Notes: generated by a model from the letters alone, not told the origin. 64,000 nucleotides of DNA from an uncultured delta proteobacterium (GCA_963782055.1 CAWAIF010000003.1:3904001-3968000); one strand, 5' to 3'. Positions 1-11,424 are shown, numbered from the stretch's first letter. Numbers and translations are program-made.

Positions 1-1
1 T

Positions 2-385
2 GTGCCCGAGCCGCGCCTGATCACGGTCAAGCCGTGGGACAAGACTCAGGTGAAGGCGGTGGAGAAGGCCATCCGGGAGTCCGACCTCGGTCTCAACCCC
101 CAGGCGGACAACGATCTCATCCGCATCCCCCTGCCGCCCCTCACCGAGGAGCGCCGCAAGGAGTTCGTCAAGATCGCGCGGAAGTATGGCGAGGAGTGCA
201 AGGTGGCCATCCGCAAGGCGCGCCACGACGCCCTCGACATGCAAAACCAGATCGAGAGCGATGGCGAGGCCAGCGCCGACGACGTGGACCGCGGCAAGAA
301 GCGGACGGAGGACGCTGTGAGCGACGCCGTCAAGCAGGTGGATGCCACCATCGGGCACAAAGAGAAGGACATCATGGAGGTATGA
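2..385 (+). CDS. frr: Ribosome recycling factor (5'-truncated by window edge)
   Basis: PWDK..VKAVEKAIRESDLGLNP...IRIPLPPLTEERRKE...KEKDIMEV is the RRF C-terminal signature. Confidence 0.97.
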   Translation: MPEPRLITVKPWDKTQVKAVEKAIRESDLGLNPQADNDLIRIPLPPLTEERRKEFVKIARKYGEECKVAIRKARHDALDMQNQIESDGEASADDVDRGKKRTEDAVSDAVKQVDATIGHKEKDIMEV

Positions 386-399
386 GGGGCCAGCCCTCC

Positions 400-428
400 T
401 TGACACCCATGCCGCCCACTGAAATCCT
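400..428 (+). promoter_or_regulatory. Candidate sigma70-type promoter of the PP2C gene
   Basis: TTGACA (400-405), 17-bp spacer, AATCCT (423-428), ~33 bp upstream of ATG 462. Confidence 0.35.
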
Positions 429-461
429 CATCGTGTCCTTTTCGAGGGAGCTATTCCGTTG

Positions 462-1535
462 ATGCGGGCAGTCGCCTGGGGTCTGACGGATGTTGGGCTT
501 CAGCGAGAACATAACGAGGACTCGTTCATCGTTCTCAAGGAGTACGACCTTTTCGTCGTGGCCGACGGAATGGGCGGGCACCGTGCGGGCGACGTCGCGT
601 CCAAGCTCGCGACGGAGACGATCAGCGAGTTCTTCCGGTCCACGGCCAACGAGGACGTGACCTGGCCCTTCCACTTCGACACCAGCCTGTCGGAGGAGGA
701 AAACCGCCTGCTCACCGGCATCCGGGTGGCCAACCGGCAGATCTTCGAGCGGAGCACCCGCTCGCGCGAGTACCACGGCATGGGCACCACGGTGGTGGGC
801 GCCATGTTCAGCCCCCGCAAGGGCCGGATGTACATCGGCCACGTGGGCGACTCGCGCTGCTACCGGGTCCGCAAGGGAGAGATCAAGCTGCTCACCCGCG
901 ACCACTCCCTCTTCAACGACTACCTGCTGGCGATGCCCGACCTCACCGAGGAGCAGCGGCGCGAGCTACCGAAGAACGTCATCACCCGGGCGCTCGGCAT
1001 GCAGGACCAGGTCGCCGTCGACCTCCAGTACGACGAGGCCCAGCCGGGCGACACCTACATCCTCTGCTCCGACGGCCTCTCCGGCATGATCGAGGACGAG
1101 GAGATCCAGCAGATCATCCTGGGCTGCGTCGACATCCGCGAGGCGGCCCGCAAGCTCATCGAGCGCGCGAACGAGCACGGCGGCGAGGACAACATCACCG
1201 CAGTCGTCATCCGCATCGAGAACGAGGGGGCCATCATCACCACCGCGGAGGAAGAGGAGCGCGGCCTCGCCTCCACCGAGATGCCCCCGCCCGCGTCGGC
1301 GGCCGCCGGCGCCGGGGCCCCCGCCCCTCCCCACGTGCCCGCCGACATGACGCCCGCCGCCGAGGCGGAGGCCTCGCCCGACGACACCGGGAAGGTCGCT
1401 GGCCCGCCCGGAACCAGCGCCGAGCGGCTCGAGCAGATCGCCGCGCAGATCGGGGACGATCCCACCGTCCCCGCCCTCGACCTCCGGAAGGAGCTCGAGG
1501 CGATCAAGAAGGCCAAGAAAGACTCGGAGTCTTGA
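462..1535 (+). CDS. PP2C-family Ser/Thr protein phosphatase (Stp1/PrpC type) with Pro/Ala-rich C-terminal tail
   Basis: Motifs REHNED, VADGMGGH, MGTT, HVGDSRCY, TRDHS, ITRALG, LCSDGL, GGEDNIT. Confidence 0.95.
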   Translation: MRAVAWGLTDVGLQREHNEDSFIVLKEYDLFVVADGMGGHRAGDVASKLATETISEFFRSTANEDVTWPFHFDTSLSEEENRLLTGIRVANRQIFERSTRSREYHGMGTTVVGAMFSPRKGRMYIGHVGDSRCYRVRKGEIKLLTRDHSLFNDYLLAMPDLTEEQRRELPKNVITRALGMQDQVAVDLQYDEAQPGDTYILCSDGLSGMIEDEEIQQIILGCVDIREAARKLIERANEHGGEDNITAVVIRIENEGAIITTAEEEERGLASTEMPPPASAAAGAGAPAPPHVPADMTPAAEAEASPDDTGKVAGPPGTSAERLEQIAAQIGDDPTVPALDLRKELEAIKKAKKDSES

Positions 1536-1575
1536 CCCGCCGCGCGCAGCCGGGCTAAACGCACGCGCTCCCCCC

Positions 1576-2310
1576 ATGGTCAAGGCGATCTTCGCGGTCC
1601 TCGGCGCGTTCTGCGTCTACACGATGGCCGCCCTCGGTTACTTCGGCATCGCGATCCTGATGGGGATCGAGAGCGCGTGCATCCCCCTGCCGAGCGAGCT
1701 CATCATGCCGTACGCCGGCGCGCTGAGCGACCCGGGCGTACGCGACGCGCTCGGCGCGCAGTACGGCGTGCACCTCGCCCCCTTCAATCTCATCATCGCC
1801 GCGTTCGCCGGCGCGCTGGGGTGCAACCTGGGGAGCGAGCTCGCCTACTGGGTCGGCGCCACCGGCGGGCGCAAGGCCATCGAGCGTTACGGCAAGTACG
1901 TGCTCGTCAGCAAGCACGAGCTCGCCATCGCCGACCGCTGGTTCGCCAAGCGCGGCGACATCATCGTCCTGGTGGCGCGACTCCTGCCCGTCATCCGCAC
2001 CTTCATCGCCTTCCCCGCCGGCGTCGCGCGGATGAACCGCGTGAAGTTCCACGTCTACACCTTCGCTGGGTCGCTCCCGTGGTGCCTCGTCCTCGCCTTC
2101 GTGGGCCAGCGCCTGGGAGCCGAGCTGCTCAAGCCGACCTCGCCGCTGAAGCACTTCATGCACCGCTTCGACGCGGTCATCGCGACGGTCATCGTGGCGG
2201 CGGGCGTCTGGTTCGTGTGGAGCCGGATCAAGACGTTCCGGCAGTACCGCGATCAGGACCAGGCCGAGGCGCTGCGCAAGGCCGGCGAGGCCGACAACAA
2301 CGATCCGTGA
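1576..2310 (+). CDS. DedA-family membrane protein
   Basis: ESACIPLPSELIMP, AYWVG..GGR, ARLLPVIRTFIAFPAG motifs; hydrophobic segments. Confidence 0.92.
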   Translation: MVKAIFAVLGAFCVYTMAALGYFGIAILMGIESACIPLPSELIMPYAGALSDPGVRDALGAQYGVHLAPFNLIIAAFAGALGCNLGSELAYWVGATGGRKAIERYGKYVLVSKHELAIADRWFAKRGDIIVLVARLLPVIRTFIAFPAGVARMNRVKFHVYTFAGSLPWCLVLAFVGQRLGAELLKPTSPLKHFMHRFDAVIATVIVAAGVWFVWSRIKTFRQYRDQDQAEALRKAGEADNNDP

Positions 2311-2367
2311 AGCCTGCGCCTGGCGCCTGCGCTTGGGAAAGCCCCCCTTTGGCGCTAGATTCCCCCC

Positions 2368-4101
<1,734 letters not shown>

Positions 4102-4345
4102 CCGTGCCCGTGCGCTGCTTGGGCAACGGCGTCGCGAGGACGTTTTTGGCGGTGTCCCTGATCTCCACGCGGAAGAAGTCGCAGTTGGTGCCGCACGTGT
4201 CGGGGCAGGTATCCCAGTAGTACCTGCCGAGCGCGGCGCCGGCGGGACCGCTGGTGCCGTAGGTCGGGATGGTGACCGGCTGCGTGATCGTGCTCTCGCC
4301 GTTGGTCGGTAACCTCGACCCCAGCTCCGCGGAACGCGACCCAGC
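4102..4345 (-). pseudogene. Orphan fragment of an extracellular beta-sandwich module
   Basis: Coding-like frame GSRSAELGSRLPTNGESTITQPVTIP...YWDTCPDTC..DFFRVEIRDTAKNVLATPLPKQ with no credible start; it runs into the mutase 3' end without its own stop. Confidence 0.5.
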
Positions 4346-4531
4346 AAGAAGCCCCGCAAGCGGACGGCAAGCCCGGCCGACGGTGGGAGGTCGCAACCCA
4401 CGCACCCGTCAGCGCTCGGCGTGCTGCAGTCGCTCGCCAGGTTCGCCTGGGTGAACTTCACGCAGCTCAGACCGCAGTCAATTCGAGTCTCCTGCGGGGT
4501 CGACACGCCCAGCCGCCCGTGCCTTCACGGC

Positions 4532-4795
4532 TCACGGGGTACCGTGGCGGTCAACGTCGCCGGCGTGCGGCGCGGCGCGCTCTCCGTCCCAGCCGGCAAG
4601 CGAGGCGCCCGCAGGACCGGCGTACTCGTACTGGCCGGGCACGATCCCGCCCCGGCACGTGGGCGGCGGGATCCACGCGGCGGACGGCTCGCAGGATTGC
4701 GCCGTCTGCAGCGCGCCGGTGACGGACCAGGATCCAGCCGTGGTCGCGACGGCTGCGGCGAGCAGCAGCACATCGAAGCGGCTCAGCCTTCTCAC
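4532..4795 (-). pseudogene. Small secreted-type protein, probably decayed or frameshifted
   Basis: GTG start overlaps the upstream stop (GTGA at 4795-4792); signal-like N-terminus MRRLSRFDVLLLAAAVATTAG; Cys-containing sequence appears to continue in other frames to ~4400. Confidence 0.4.
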
Positions 4796-5148
4796 TGGCC
4801 GCAGTGGGGGGTGGAGGGCGTGCAGCAGCTGCATCCGGGAGTTACTCCGCTACTGCACTGGCACACCTGGCCGGCGGTGCACCACGGGCTGCACCCCGGA
4901 GCTGTCGTAGGAATGCATGGGGGAACAGCCGCGTCGTCGACCTCGGAGGCAGCGATCGAGCCCCGGTTTCGGTCGCAGTAGTAGGCCTGACCGTCCCCCC
5001 CGCCGCCGCCGCCGCCGTCTCCCGAAGCTCCCCCACTGTCGGTCCCCCCGCTGTCGCTCCCGTTCCCGCCTCCCCCTGGCGCTACCTTCCCGCACGCGGT
5101 GGAGAGCCCGAGGAGAAGGACGATGGCAGCAAGCGAGGAGCGGCTCAC
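4792..5148 (-). CDS. Small Cys-rich lipoprotein (118 aa)
   Basis: GTGA overlap with upstream stop; lipobox LGLSTAC; Gly/Asp linker; C-terminal Cys cluster (PPC..GCSPWC...VCQC...GCSCC..HC). Confidence 0.65.
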   Translation of the reverse strand: MSRSSLAAIVLLLGLSTACGKVAPGGGGNGSDSGGTDSGGASGDGGGGGGGDGQAYYCDRNRGSIAASEVDDAAVPPCIPTTAPGCSPWCTAGQVCQCSSGVTPGCSCCTPSTPHCGQ

Positions 5149-5534
5149 GGCAACACCCACTGCGTCGCGAAGACCTGCGTCCGGCCCGCCCCGCCGTCCT
5201 GCGGATCGTTCCGGTTGTCGCCCCAGGCCGGGATGAACGCTCCGGTGCCGTCCTGCGCCGCCGCCATGCCCTCGTAGTCGCCCCAGGGAGTGTTGTTGCC
5301 GCTGGTCACGGTCGCCGGATCTTTCCACGGCACGGGCGCCTGGTTCTGCAGGACGCTCACGTCATCGACGAAGGTGTACGTTGCATCACCCGGGTAGTTG
5401 TCGTCCTTGTTGGTGATGGCGACCACCACCGTCTGGCCGGCGTACGCGCTGAGGCGCTGAGGAGGTGGTCCAGGATCCACGCAGCCCGTGGCCGCGACCG
5501 CACCGGTGGCGGTCACCGAGGGGCTCGGCGTCAC
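5145..5534 (-). pseudogene. Internally deleted paralog of the Asp-box/sialidase-like gene (short N-terminus joined to C-terminal portion)
   Basis: GTGA overlap start; ends WGDYEGMAAAQDGTGAFIPAWGDNR...QVFAT, resembling the HGDYMGIA...FHPVW ending of the gene stopping at 6070; only 129 aa. Confidence 0.55.
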
Positions 5535-6073
5535 TTCTGCGCGCACGCGGACACGCAGCGGTCGCCGCCCTGAGCGTGAATGCAGAGCTCATTAGATGCG
5601 CACTGGTTGAAATGAGAGTTGTCCCCACAATAGTTCTGCCAGCTCGCCGACAACTTCACGTAGACGCAGTCACCGATCGAGCATCGATACCCACTCCCGT
5701 CAGGGCAGGCGCACTTCGACGCGGCTGCGCCGCCCATCGCGTAGCCCTGCGCCCAGGCCTGGCAGAAGGCATCGCCCCCACTCCCGGCGGTGCAATCCGG
5801 CGGGATGAGCTGGCTGATCGCGCAGGTCCCGTTGACGCATACGCCGGTGCTACCGGGCGCGAACGCCTGCACCCACGCCGTGCACACCGGATCGCTCGCC
5901 GGTCCGGGGGTGCTGCACGCCGGCGGAACGTAGGCGCTCGCGTCGTCCGCCAGGCACGACCGTCCCCACTCTGGTGCTCCCCCTTCGGGCACTCCGCCGT
6001 CTGCGGCGCCGGCGACCTGCCCGCCACATGCGAGGAGAAGACAAGGGAGCACCAGGGTCGGGATAGAATTCAT
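5531..6073 (-). CDS. Cys-rich lipoprotein (180 aa)
   Basis: ATGA overlap with upstream stop at 6070; lipobox LLLAC-GG; many Cys; internal repeat C..W.Q.(F/Y)A.G occurs twice. Confidence 0.7.
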   Translation of the reverse strand: MNSIPTLVLPCLLLACGGQVAGAADGGVPEGGAPEWGRSCLADDASAYVPPACSTPGPASDPVCTAWVQAFAPGSTGVCVNGTCAISQLIPPDCTAGSGGDAFCQAWAQGYAMGGAAASKCACPDGSGYRCSIGDCVYVKLSASWQNYCGDNSHFNQCASNELCIHAQGGDRCVSACAQK

Positions 6074-7296
6074 GGGTTGTGCACCTCGATGCGGCGGGTG
6101 TTGACCTGGGGTTGGTTGCTGCTCAGCTGCACCCAGACGGGATGAAACACCCCGAACGGGTAGCCGGTGGGCTCGTACTCCCGCGGTGCGTCGGCGATCC
6201 CCATGTAGTCGCCATGGATCCGAGCGTTCCCGCTCGTGTCGGTGGCCGGCCAGGTGGTGCTGGAAAGCGTCCCGCTGACCCACTGGCTGAGAAAGTTCGG
6301 CGTGTAGGCCGCTGCGTATGCCGTCGTCATCACCGAATCCGTTGCAGTCGAAGAATACCACGTGAGCAGCAGTGTCCATCCGCGTCCGAGCGCAGGGTGG
6401 GGAAGGAGACCGACGGCCCGCTGTACGAGGTCAACTGCGACCAGGTGCCGCCGTGGTCCGTGCTCCGGAACAGCCGGATGCTGCCCTTCGCGTCGTTCAC
6501 GGCGACGTAGTAGTCGAGTGTGGCCTTGTCCTCGGCGAAGCCGAAGTCGCGCAGGCCGTTCTGGAGGACAGGCGACGTCGTTCCGTTCCCGTCCACCACG
6601 CACCAGCGGAAGGTGTCGGTGTGGTAGATCTGGACGCTGCTCGACCACGTGGAGCCGCCGTCGGTCGTCGAGACACGCTGCCAGCCAACCCCCTTCACGC
6701 CGTTGTCCGGGCAGTTGAATTCGTGGTCTGTCGTGGAGTACACTACCGTCACCGTGGTGATTCCGGTGCCGGGGTCCGTATCGGCTTGGATGAGCATGCC
6801 GCCCTGACCCCAGGTCAGGTCCTCACGAACCATGTTCGATATGGAGTGTGAGCCACTCGCGTTCCACGTGATGCTGCCGGACGCATTGAAGGCCCCCTGA
6901 CGCAGGCACCCGCCGAAGGTCCCCGCGCCGTTGTGACGCCAGCCAATCCAGATCTGGCCGTTGTCGTACGTGGCGAACGGCTGGTCCTGACCGCCGCTGT
7001 CGCACGAGTCGCCGCTGTCCGAGTTCACGATCTGCGTACTCCGGAAGGTCTGCCCACCATCGGTGGACACGCTCACCAGGACATAGGCCGGGAAGTCGGT
7101 GGACCCTTGGCCGGTCTTGTGTGCGAGCTGGACGAAGGCGACCTTGCCTGCACCGTCCGAGACCAGGATGGGGTCGCCCACCCAGTCGCTCTGGTTCGCG
7201 ACGGTCGGTACCGCGGCGCCCGGACCGCCGCAGTTCGTCAAGGTCATGTCGCAGTAGGTCCAGGATCCCGCGACGGTCGGGGTGGGTGAGTAGGCC

Positions 7297-8812
7297 GTGT
7301 CTGCTTAGCGGTGTCGCACACTGTGGGTCCATTCTTCGTTCCTGATGCGAGAAGTTCTTTCCATGGGACCTGATCGGGAGCATCCCGGATCACGTGACGC
7401 CCGAGCAGCGGATCCAGGAGCTGGAGCAGGAGAACGCCGCGCTTCGCGAAGAGCTGGCGAAGCTGCGCAAGGAGATCGAGGAGTGGAAGCGCGGGTTCCG
7501 GGAGCGCGGGAAGCGGCGGACGTCGCGCTCCGAGGGTCGGCGGGCGCCCTCGGGCAAGCCGCGCGGCCGCAAGGTGGGCCATGTCGGATCGCGGCCCGCC
7601 GCACCGGCCCACGTCGACGACGAAGTCGTGCACGAGATGCCGGCGACGTGCAGCTGTGGCGGGGCAGTCGTGGCGACGGGCGAGACGGACAGCACAGTCG
7701 TCACCGACATCCCAGTGGTGCAGCCGCGGCAGACGCATCACGTGGCGCACGTCGGCAGCTGCGAGGTGTGCCACAAGCGCGTGGTCGCGAAGCTGCCGGG
7801 CGCGCCGGCGGCGGGCAAGAGCGTCGCCGCGGTGTCGTTCGGCCCCAACGTGCAGGCGATGGCGCTGGACCTGCGCTTCGAGCGCGACATGCCGCTGGGC
7901 AAGATCAGTGCGTTCCTCGGACAGTGGCTCGGCATCTCGATCACGACCGGCGGCCTGGCGCAGATGTTCGACCGATTGCGACGCCGCTCGGCGCCGAGCT
8001 ACGACGAGCTGGTCGACGCGGTGCGCGCATCGCCCGTGGCGGGCCTCGACGAGAGCGGCCATCGACAGGACGGCGTGCCGGGTTGGATGTGGCTGATGCG
8101 CACCGACCGCGTCTCGGTCTTCCGCGCCGAGCTGTCGCGCGGCGCGTGGGTCGCCGAGTCGATGCTCGGCGCGAGCTTCAAAGGAGTCCTGTGCACCGAC
8201 TTCTACGGCGTGTACACGAGTCACGACGGCTGGACCCACGCCTACTGCGGTGCGCACACCATCCGCGAGGCCAAGAAGATCGCCGAGCTCACCCCGTGCG
8301 CCGCGACCGAGGAGTTCCGCGACCGACTCATCGGCTTCTACGTCGCGGGCAAGCACGCCGCGGCGAGCGGCAATCCCGAGCAGCGCCGAGGCGCGCGCAT
8401 CCGCCTCGGCCATCTCATCAGCAGCACCAACTTCGTGGAGTTCCCGGACATCGTCCGGCTGCAGGAGCGCCTCGACGAGCACAAGGTGGGGGTGACGCTC
8501 TTCATCGACCGCCCCGACGTCCCGGCCACGAACAACGCGACCGAACGCGACATCCGCGCCCACGGGCGGCACCGCGCGATGACCGGCGGAACGCGCTCGG
8601 CCGCCGGCAGCGCCACCCTGGCGGACTGGATGAGCATCACGCAGACGCGGCGCAAGTGCCGGCTCCCGCTTCGGGGCTTCGTCATCGGGCTGTACGAAAG
8701 TCACCTCCACGGCAAGCCGCCTCCGTCTGTCTTTGCCCACTAGCCGGCGAGTCCTCCGACGGTCGACGTCACGCCCGGGCCGCGGGCCGTCTTCCGGCCG
8801 CTAAGCAGAGAC
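7297..8812 (+). mobile_element. IS66-family insertion sequence, single-ORF (ISBst12-like) type, 1516 bp
   Basis: 15-bp terminal IRs with one mismatch (GTGTCTGCTTAGCGG at 7297; CCGCTAAGCAGAGAC ending 8812); 8-bp TSD AGTAGGCC at 7289-7296 and 8813-8820. Confidence 0.93.
7394..8743 (+). CDS. IS66-family DDE transposase (TnpC-like)
   Basis: N-terminal coiled coil; GRKVGHVG; Zn motif CSCG...CEVC; catalytic-region motifs LDESG, TDFYGVY, CGAHTIRE, TNNATERDIR; uninterrupted 449 aa. Confidence 0.93.
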   Translation: MTPEQRIQELEQENAALREELAKLRKEIEEWKRGFRERGKRRTSRSEGRRAPSGKPRGRKVGHVGSRPAAPAHVDDEVVHEMPATCSCGGAVVATGETDSTVVTDIPVVQPRQTHHVAHVGSCEVCHKRVVAKLPGAPAAGKSVAAVSFGPNVQAMALDLRFERDMPLGKISAFLGQWLGISITTGGLAQMFDRLRRRSAPSYDELVDAVRASPVAGLDESGHRQDGVPGWMWLMRTDRVSVFRAELSRGAWVAESMLGASFKGVLCTDFYGVYTSHDGWTHAYCGAHTIREAKKIAELTPCAATEEFRDRLIGFYVAGKHAAASGNPEQRRGARIRLGHLISSTNFVEFPDIVRLQERLDEHKVGVTLFIDRPDVPATNNATERDIRAHGRHRAMTGGTRSAAGSATLADWMSITQTRRKCRLPLRGFVIGLYESHLHGKPPPSVFAH

Positions 8813-9233
8813 AGTAGGCCCATCCGGCGGGCGCACCGTGGCGGTCGTTGAATGCCACGACGAGATTCGGGGATCCCGGCGATGGCGCCCCCGACCAGAC
8901 CGCAACTGGTTCGTTCTCGTTCCACGCGGGAGAGAAGCCCGAGCCCTGCGTGACAATCTGTGGGGCCGTGGGCTCCTGTACGGTCGTGGCCTGCTGAACC
9001 GAGCCGACGTTCTCGCTCGAGCACGCCGCTGCGGGAAGGACGAGCAAAATGGACGCTAGCAGGAGGTTGTCTCGACGCATGGTGTCCCCTTTCGTGTAGA
9101 AGCGGGCTCGCGTGTCCTAGTACCTGGTCCCGCCCTCGGCACCGACCATCGCGCGGTCCGCGCTCACAGTGCGCGCACAAATGCCGTTACCCGTGTTGCA
9201 CGAACGACACACGCCAGGGACGCCTAATCCGTC

Positions 9234-9264
9234 TTGCAATCACCCCCGGGGGGGGGGGTATCCT
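9234..9264 (+). promoter_or_regulatory. Candidate sigma70 promoter with a C5-G11 homopolymer spacer
   Basis: TTGCAA (9234-9239), 19-bp spacer containing G11 (9248-9258), TATCCT (9259-9264); GAGGAG RBS and ATG 9291 follow. Confidence 0.4.
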
Positions 9265-9560
9265 CTCTTGCTTCGAGGAGGGCGCCCGCGATGGAGCCGG
9301 CGACGTGCGTCTTGCTGGTGGACGATGATCGGCTCGTGCGTTCGGCCCTGCGGCGGGAGGCCGGGCGGCACCCGGGGAGATGGGACTGGGTGCTGACGGC
9401 CTCGGCGCCCGAGGCGCTGGGGAGGATCGTGCGCGAGCGCTTCGACGTCATGGTCACCGACTTGAACCTTGGACCCGGCACGATGAACGGCCTGGAGCTG
9501 ACTCGCGCGGTGCGCGCCCTGCCGGATCGCACGCCCGTCCTCCTCTATACCGGCCGGGAC

Positions 9561-10923
9561 CTGACCCATCCCCTCAGTTTCCTGCCTCTCGCGGGGACTC
9601 AAACTTGAGGATTTCCGCGAGGAAGAGATGGCCCCGTACAATCTTCTCGTAGGCGGTGAGGAGGCGGTCGAGCCACTCCTCGCGCATGGTGTCGAGGCAC
9701 GAGTACCAGTAGAGACCCTGGTTGAAGAGCGACATCGTTCGCTTGGGCGACGTATTCGTCTTGAGGGTCTTGTCGAGCTTCGATGCCTCACTCGCCGCGC
9801 CGAGGAGCGTCAGCAGAGTGTATGCGATCGCGATGAGAAACAGCAGACGGTCACGCCGCCCGGCGTCGCCGATGTGCGTCGCCCGGAGGCCAACGCCGAA
9901 GGTGATGTCTTTCTGGTCCCGAAACGTCTCTTCGATCGTGAACCTCTTCGAGTACGCCTGCACGATCTCGTTGGCGTCGGCCGTAGTGAGCGACGTCGCC
10001 AGACACCACGCTTCCTTCATGCCCTTTCGCTTGACCAGCACCACGGCCGGCACCTTGCTCTTCTTCCTCGTCACCGTGACGCCGACGAGCTTTCGCACCC
10101 GACCGTGCGCGGGCACGAGCTCCGCGGCCGGCAGGCCCTCCGCGTCCGACTCCGACACGATGATGTTCTCGCGGAACCGGATGATGTAGTCCCAGCCGTA
10201 GAGGCCGAGCAACTCGTAGAGCTCCGCGTACCCGAAGGCTCAATCCGCCATCAGCGTCACGCTCACCGCGGCAGGCAGCCACTCGTGCAGCTGCCGCACC
10301 ATCTCCAGTTCATGGCCGGTGCGCTTCGTCTTGAGCGTCGACTTCTTGACCGTCTTCCACGCAAACGGGCTCGCCCGTCCGTGCGTCGTGACCAGGTACG
10401 CGCAGAGCGTCGTGTGGTCGTCGTCGTCGAAATCCGTCCAGTCCATCGCGAGCACGATGTTCGACGTCGTCCCGACGACGTGCTTCACCCACAGCGGCAT
10501 CAGCACCTCGAGCTTCACTTCCTCGTTGCTCAGCAGCCGGTCCACCTGCTTCACGCCGCTCTTGCTCTCGATCCTCGCAAGCCGCGCGTACGCTCGACCG
10601 ATTGCCGCGATCGACACAACGCTCGCGTTCAGAACCCCCGTCACTCCATTCGCGAGCGACCGCACCCGGGCAAGGTGGACGTCTCCGCCGAACAGCTTCT
10701 CCATCGATGTGCGCGTCTGCGACAACGTCCAGAGCCTACGTCGTCCGCCGCCGAGCGGCAGCAGCCATGTTGCGAGAGGGACGGTCTGCATGTCGCCGCA
10801 AACAGTTCGCTCCGCCCATGGATTCCCGCCTCGCAGGTCATCCCGGACCACCCCATCCAGGAACACAGCGGTTTCGATTACCTACGCGTCATCTTTCATC
10901 CGCAGAATGAGGGGATCCCTCAG
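9561..10923 (-). mobile_element. IS4-family (IS10-group) insertion sequence, 1363 bp
   Basis: Ends CTGACCCATCCCCTCA and (reverse complement) CTGAGGGATCCCCTCA resemble IS10 ends; 9-bp TSD GGCCGGGAC at 9552-9560 and 10924-10932. Confidence 0.92.
9574..10791 (-). pseudogene. IS4-family DDE transposase with in-frame nonsense codon (start uncertain)
   Basis: MDWTDF, GRASPFAW, LMAD*AFG (TGA at 10242-10240 where ADR is expected), YSKRFTIEETFRDQK (YREK motif). Confidence 0.88.
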
Positions 10924-11424
10924 GGCCGGGACTGGACCGAGGCGGAGCGCGTCGCGGCGCTGCACGCAGGCGCGGACGTCACGATGTCCCGTCCGCTGGA
11001 GCGCCTGCAGGAGCTCTTCGCGCAGGTGAAGGCGCTCGGGCGGATGGTGCGCCGCGTGTCCGGAGAGCGGCCGGCGGCGCGCGCGCTCCCGGACGGCGTC
11101 CGGCTCGACGGACCGCGGGGGATGGTGACCGTTCGCGGACGGGAAGTGCGCGTCACCCCCAACGAGGCGAGGTTGCTCGCCGTCCTGCTCGCGTCTCATC
11201 CCCGCGAGGCGACGTTCGCGGAGCTGCTCGCGGCGCTGGACCACCAGAAGTCCCACGACCGGCACGCGATCCACGCCGCCATCGGGCGCCTGAAGAGGCT
11301 CGAGCGCGCGGGGGTGTGGATCGAGGCGGTGCCCGGGCTCGGATACCGCCTGAAGGTCCGGAAGGCGAGCTGAGGTCGGGGCGGCGCTCCGGCTGCTAGG
11401 CGAGATGTCGTCGTCGCGCCGGGA

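Larger units (their letters stand above)
6070..9080 (-). pseudogene. Asp-box (BNR) sialidase-like beta-propeller lipoprotein, split by IS66 and carrying a 1-bp deletion
   Basis: Lipobox LPAAAC; removing 7297-8820 rejoins GWAY|SPTPTVAGSW in frame; Asp-boxes STDGGQTF, TTDGGSTW, STDHGGTW; frameshift at ~6372; restored ORF is ~495 aa. Confidence 0.82.
9291..11373 (+). pseudogene. OmpR/PhoB-type response regulator (receiver + winged helix) disrupted by an IS
   Basis: VLLVDDD..VMVTDL..MNGLEL..LYTGRD|WTEAERVAALHAGAD...VTPNEARLL...IEAVPGLGYRL; removing the IS and one TSD gives an in-frame 236-aa ORF. Confidence 0.88.

Noticed and set aside
10240..10242. In-frame TGA in the transposase as selenocysteine or readthrough
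   Set aside because: It sits at the conserved Arg of ADR; a CGA>TGA transition explains it.
9628..11373. 581-aa ORF as a novel fusion regulator
   Set aside because: It is the antisense frame of the IS transposase running into the 3' half of the disrupted response regulator.
4102..11424. Accessory block as an integrative element or prophage
   Set aside because: No integrase, att repeats, tRNA target or phage genes were seen.
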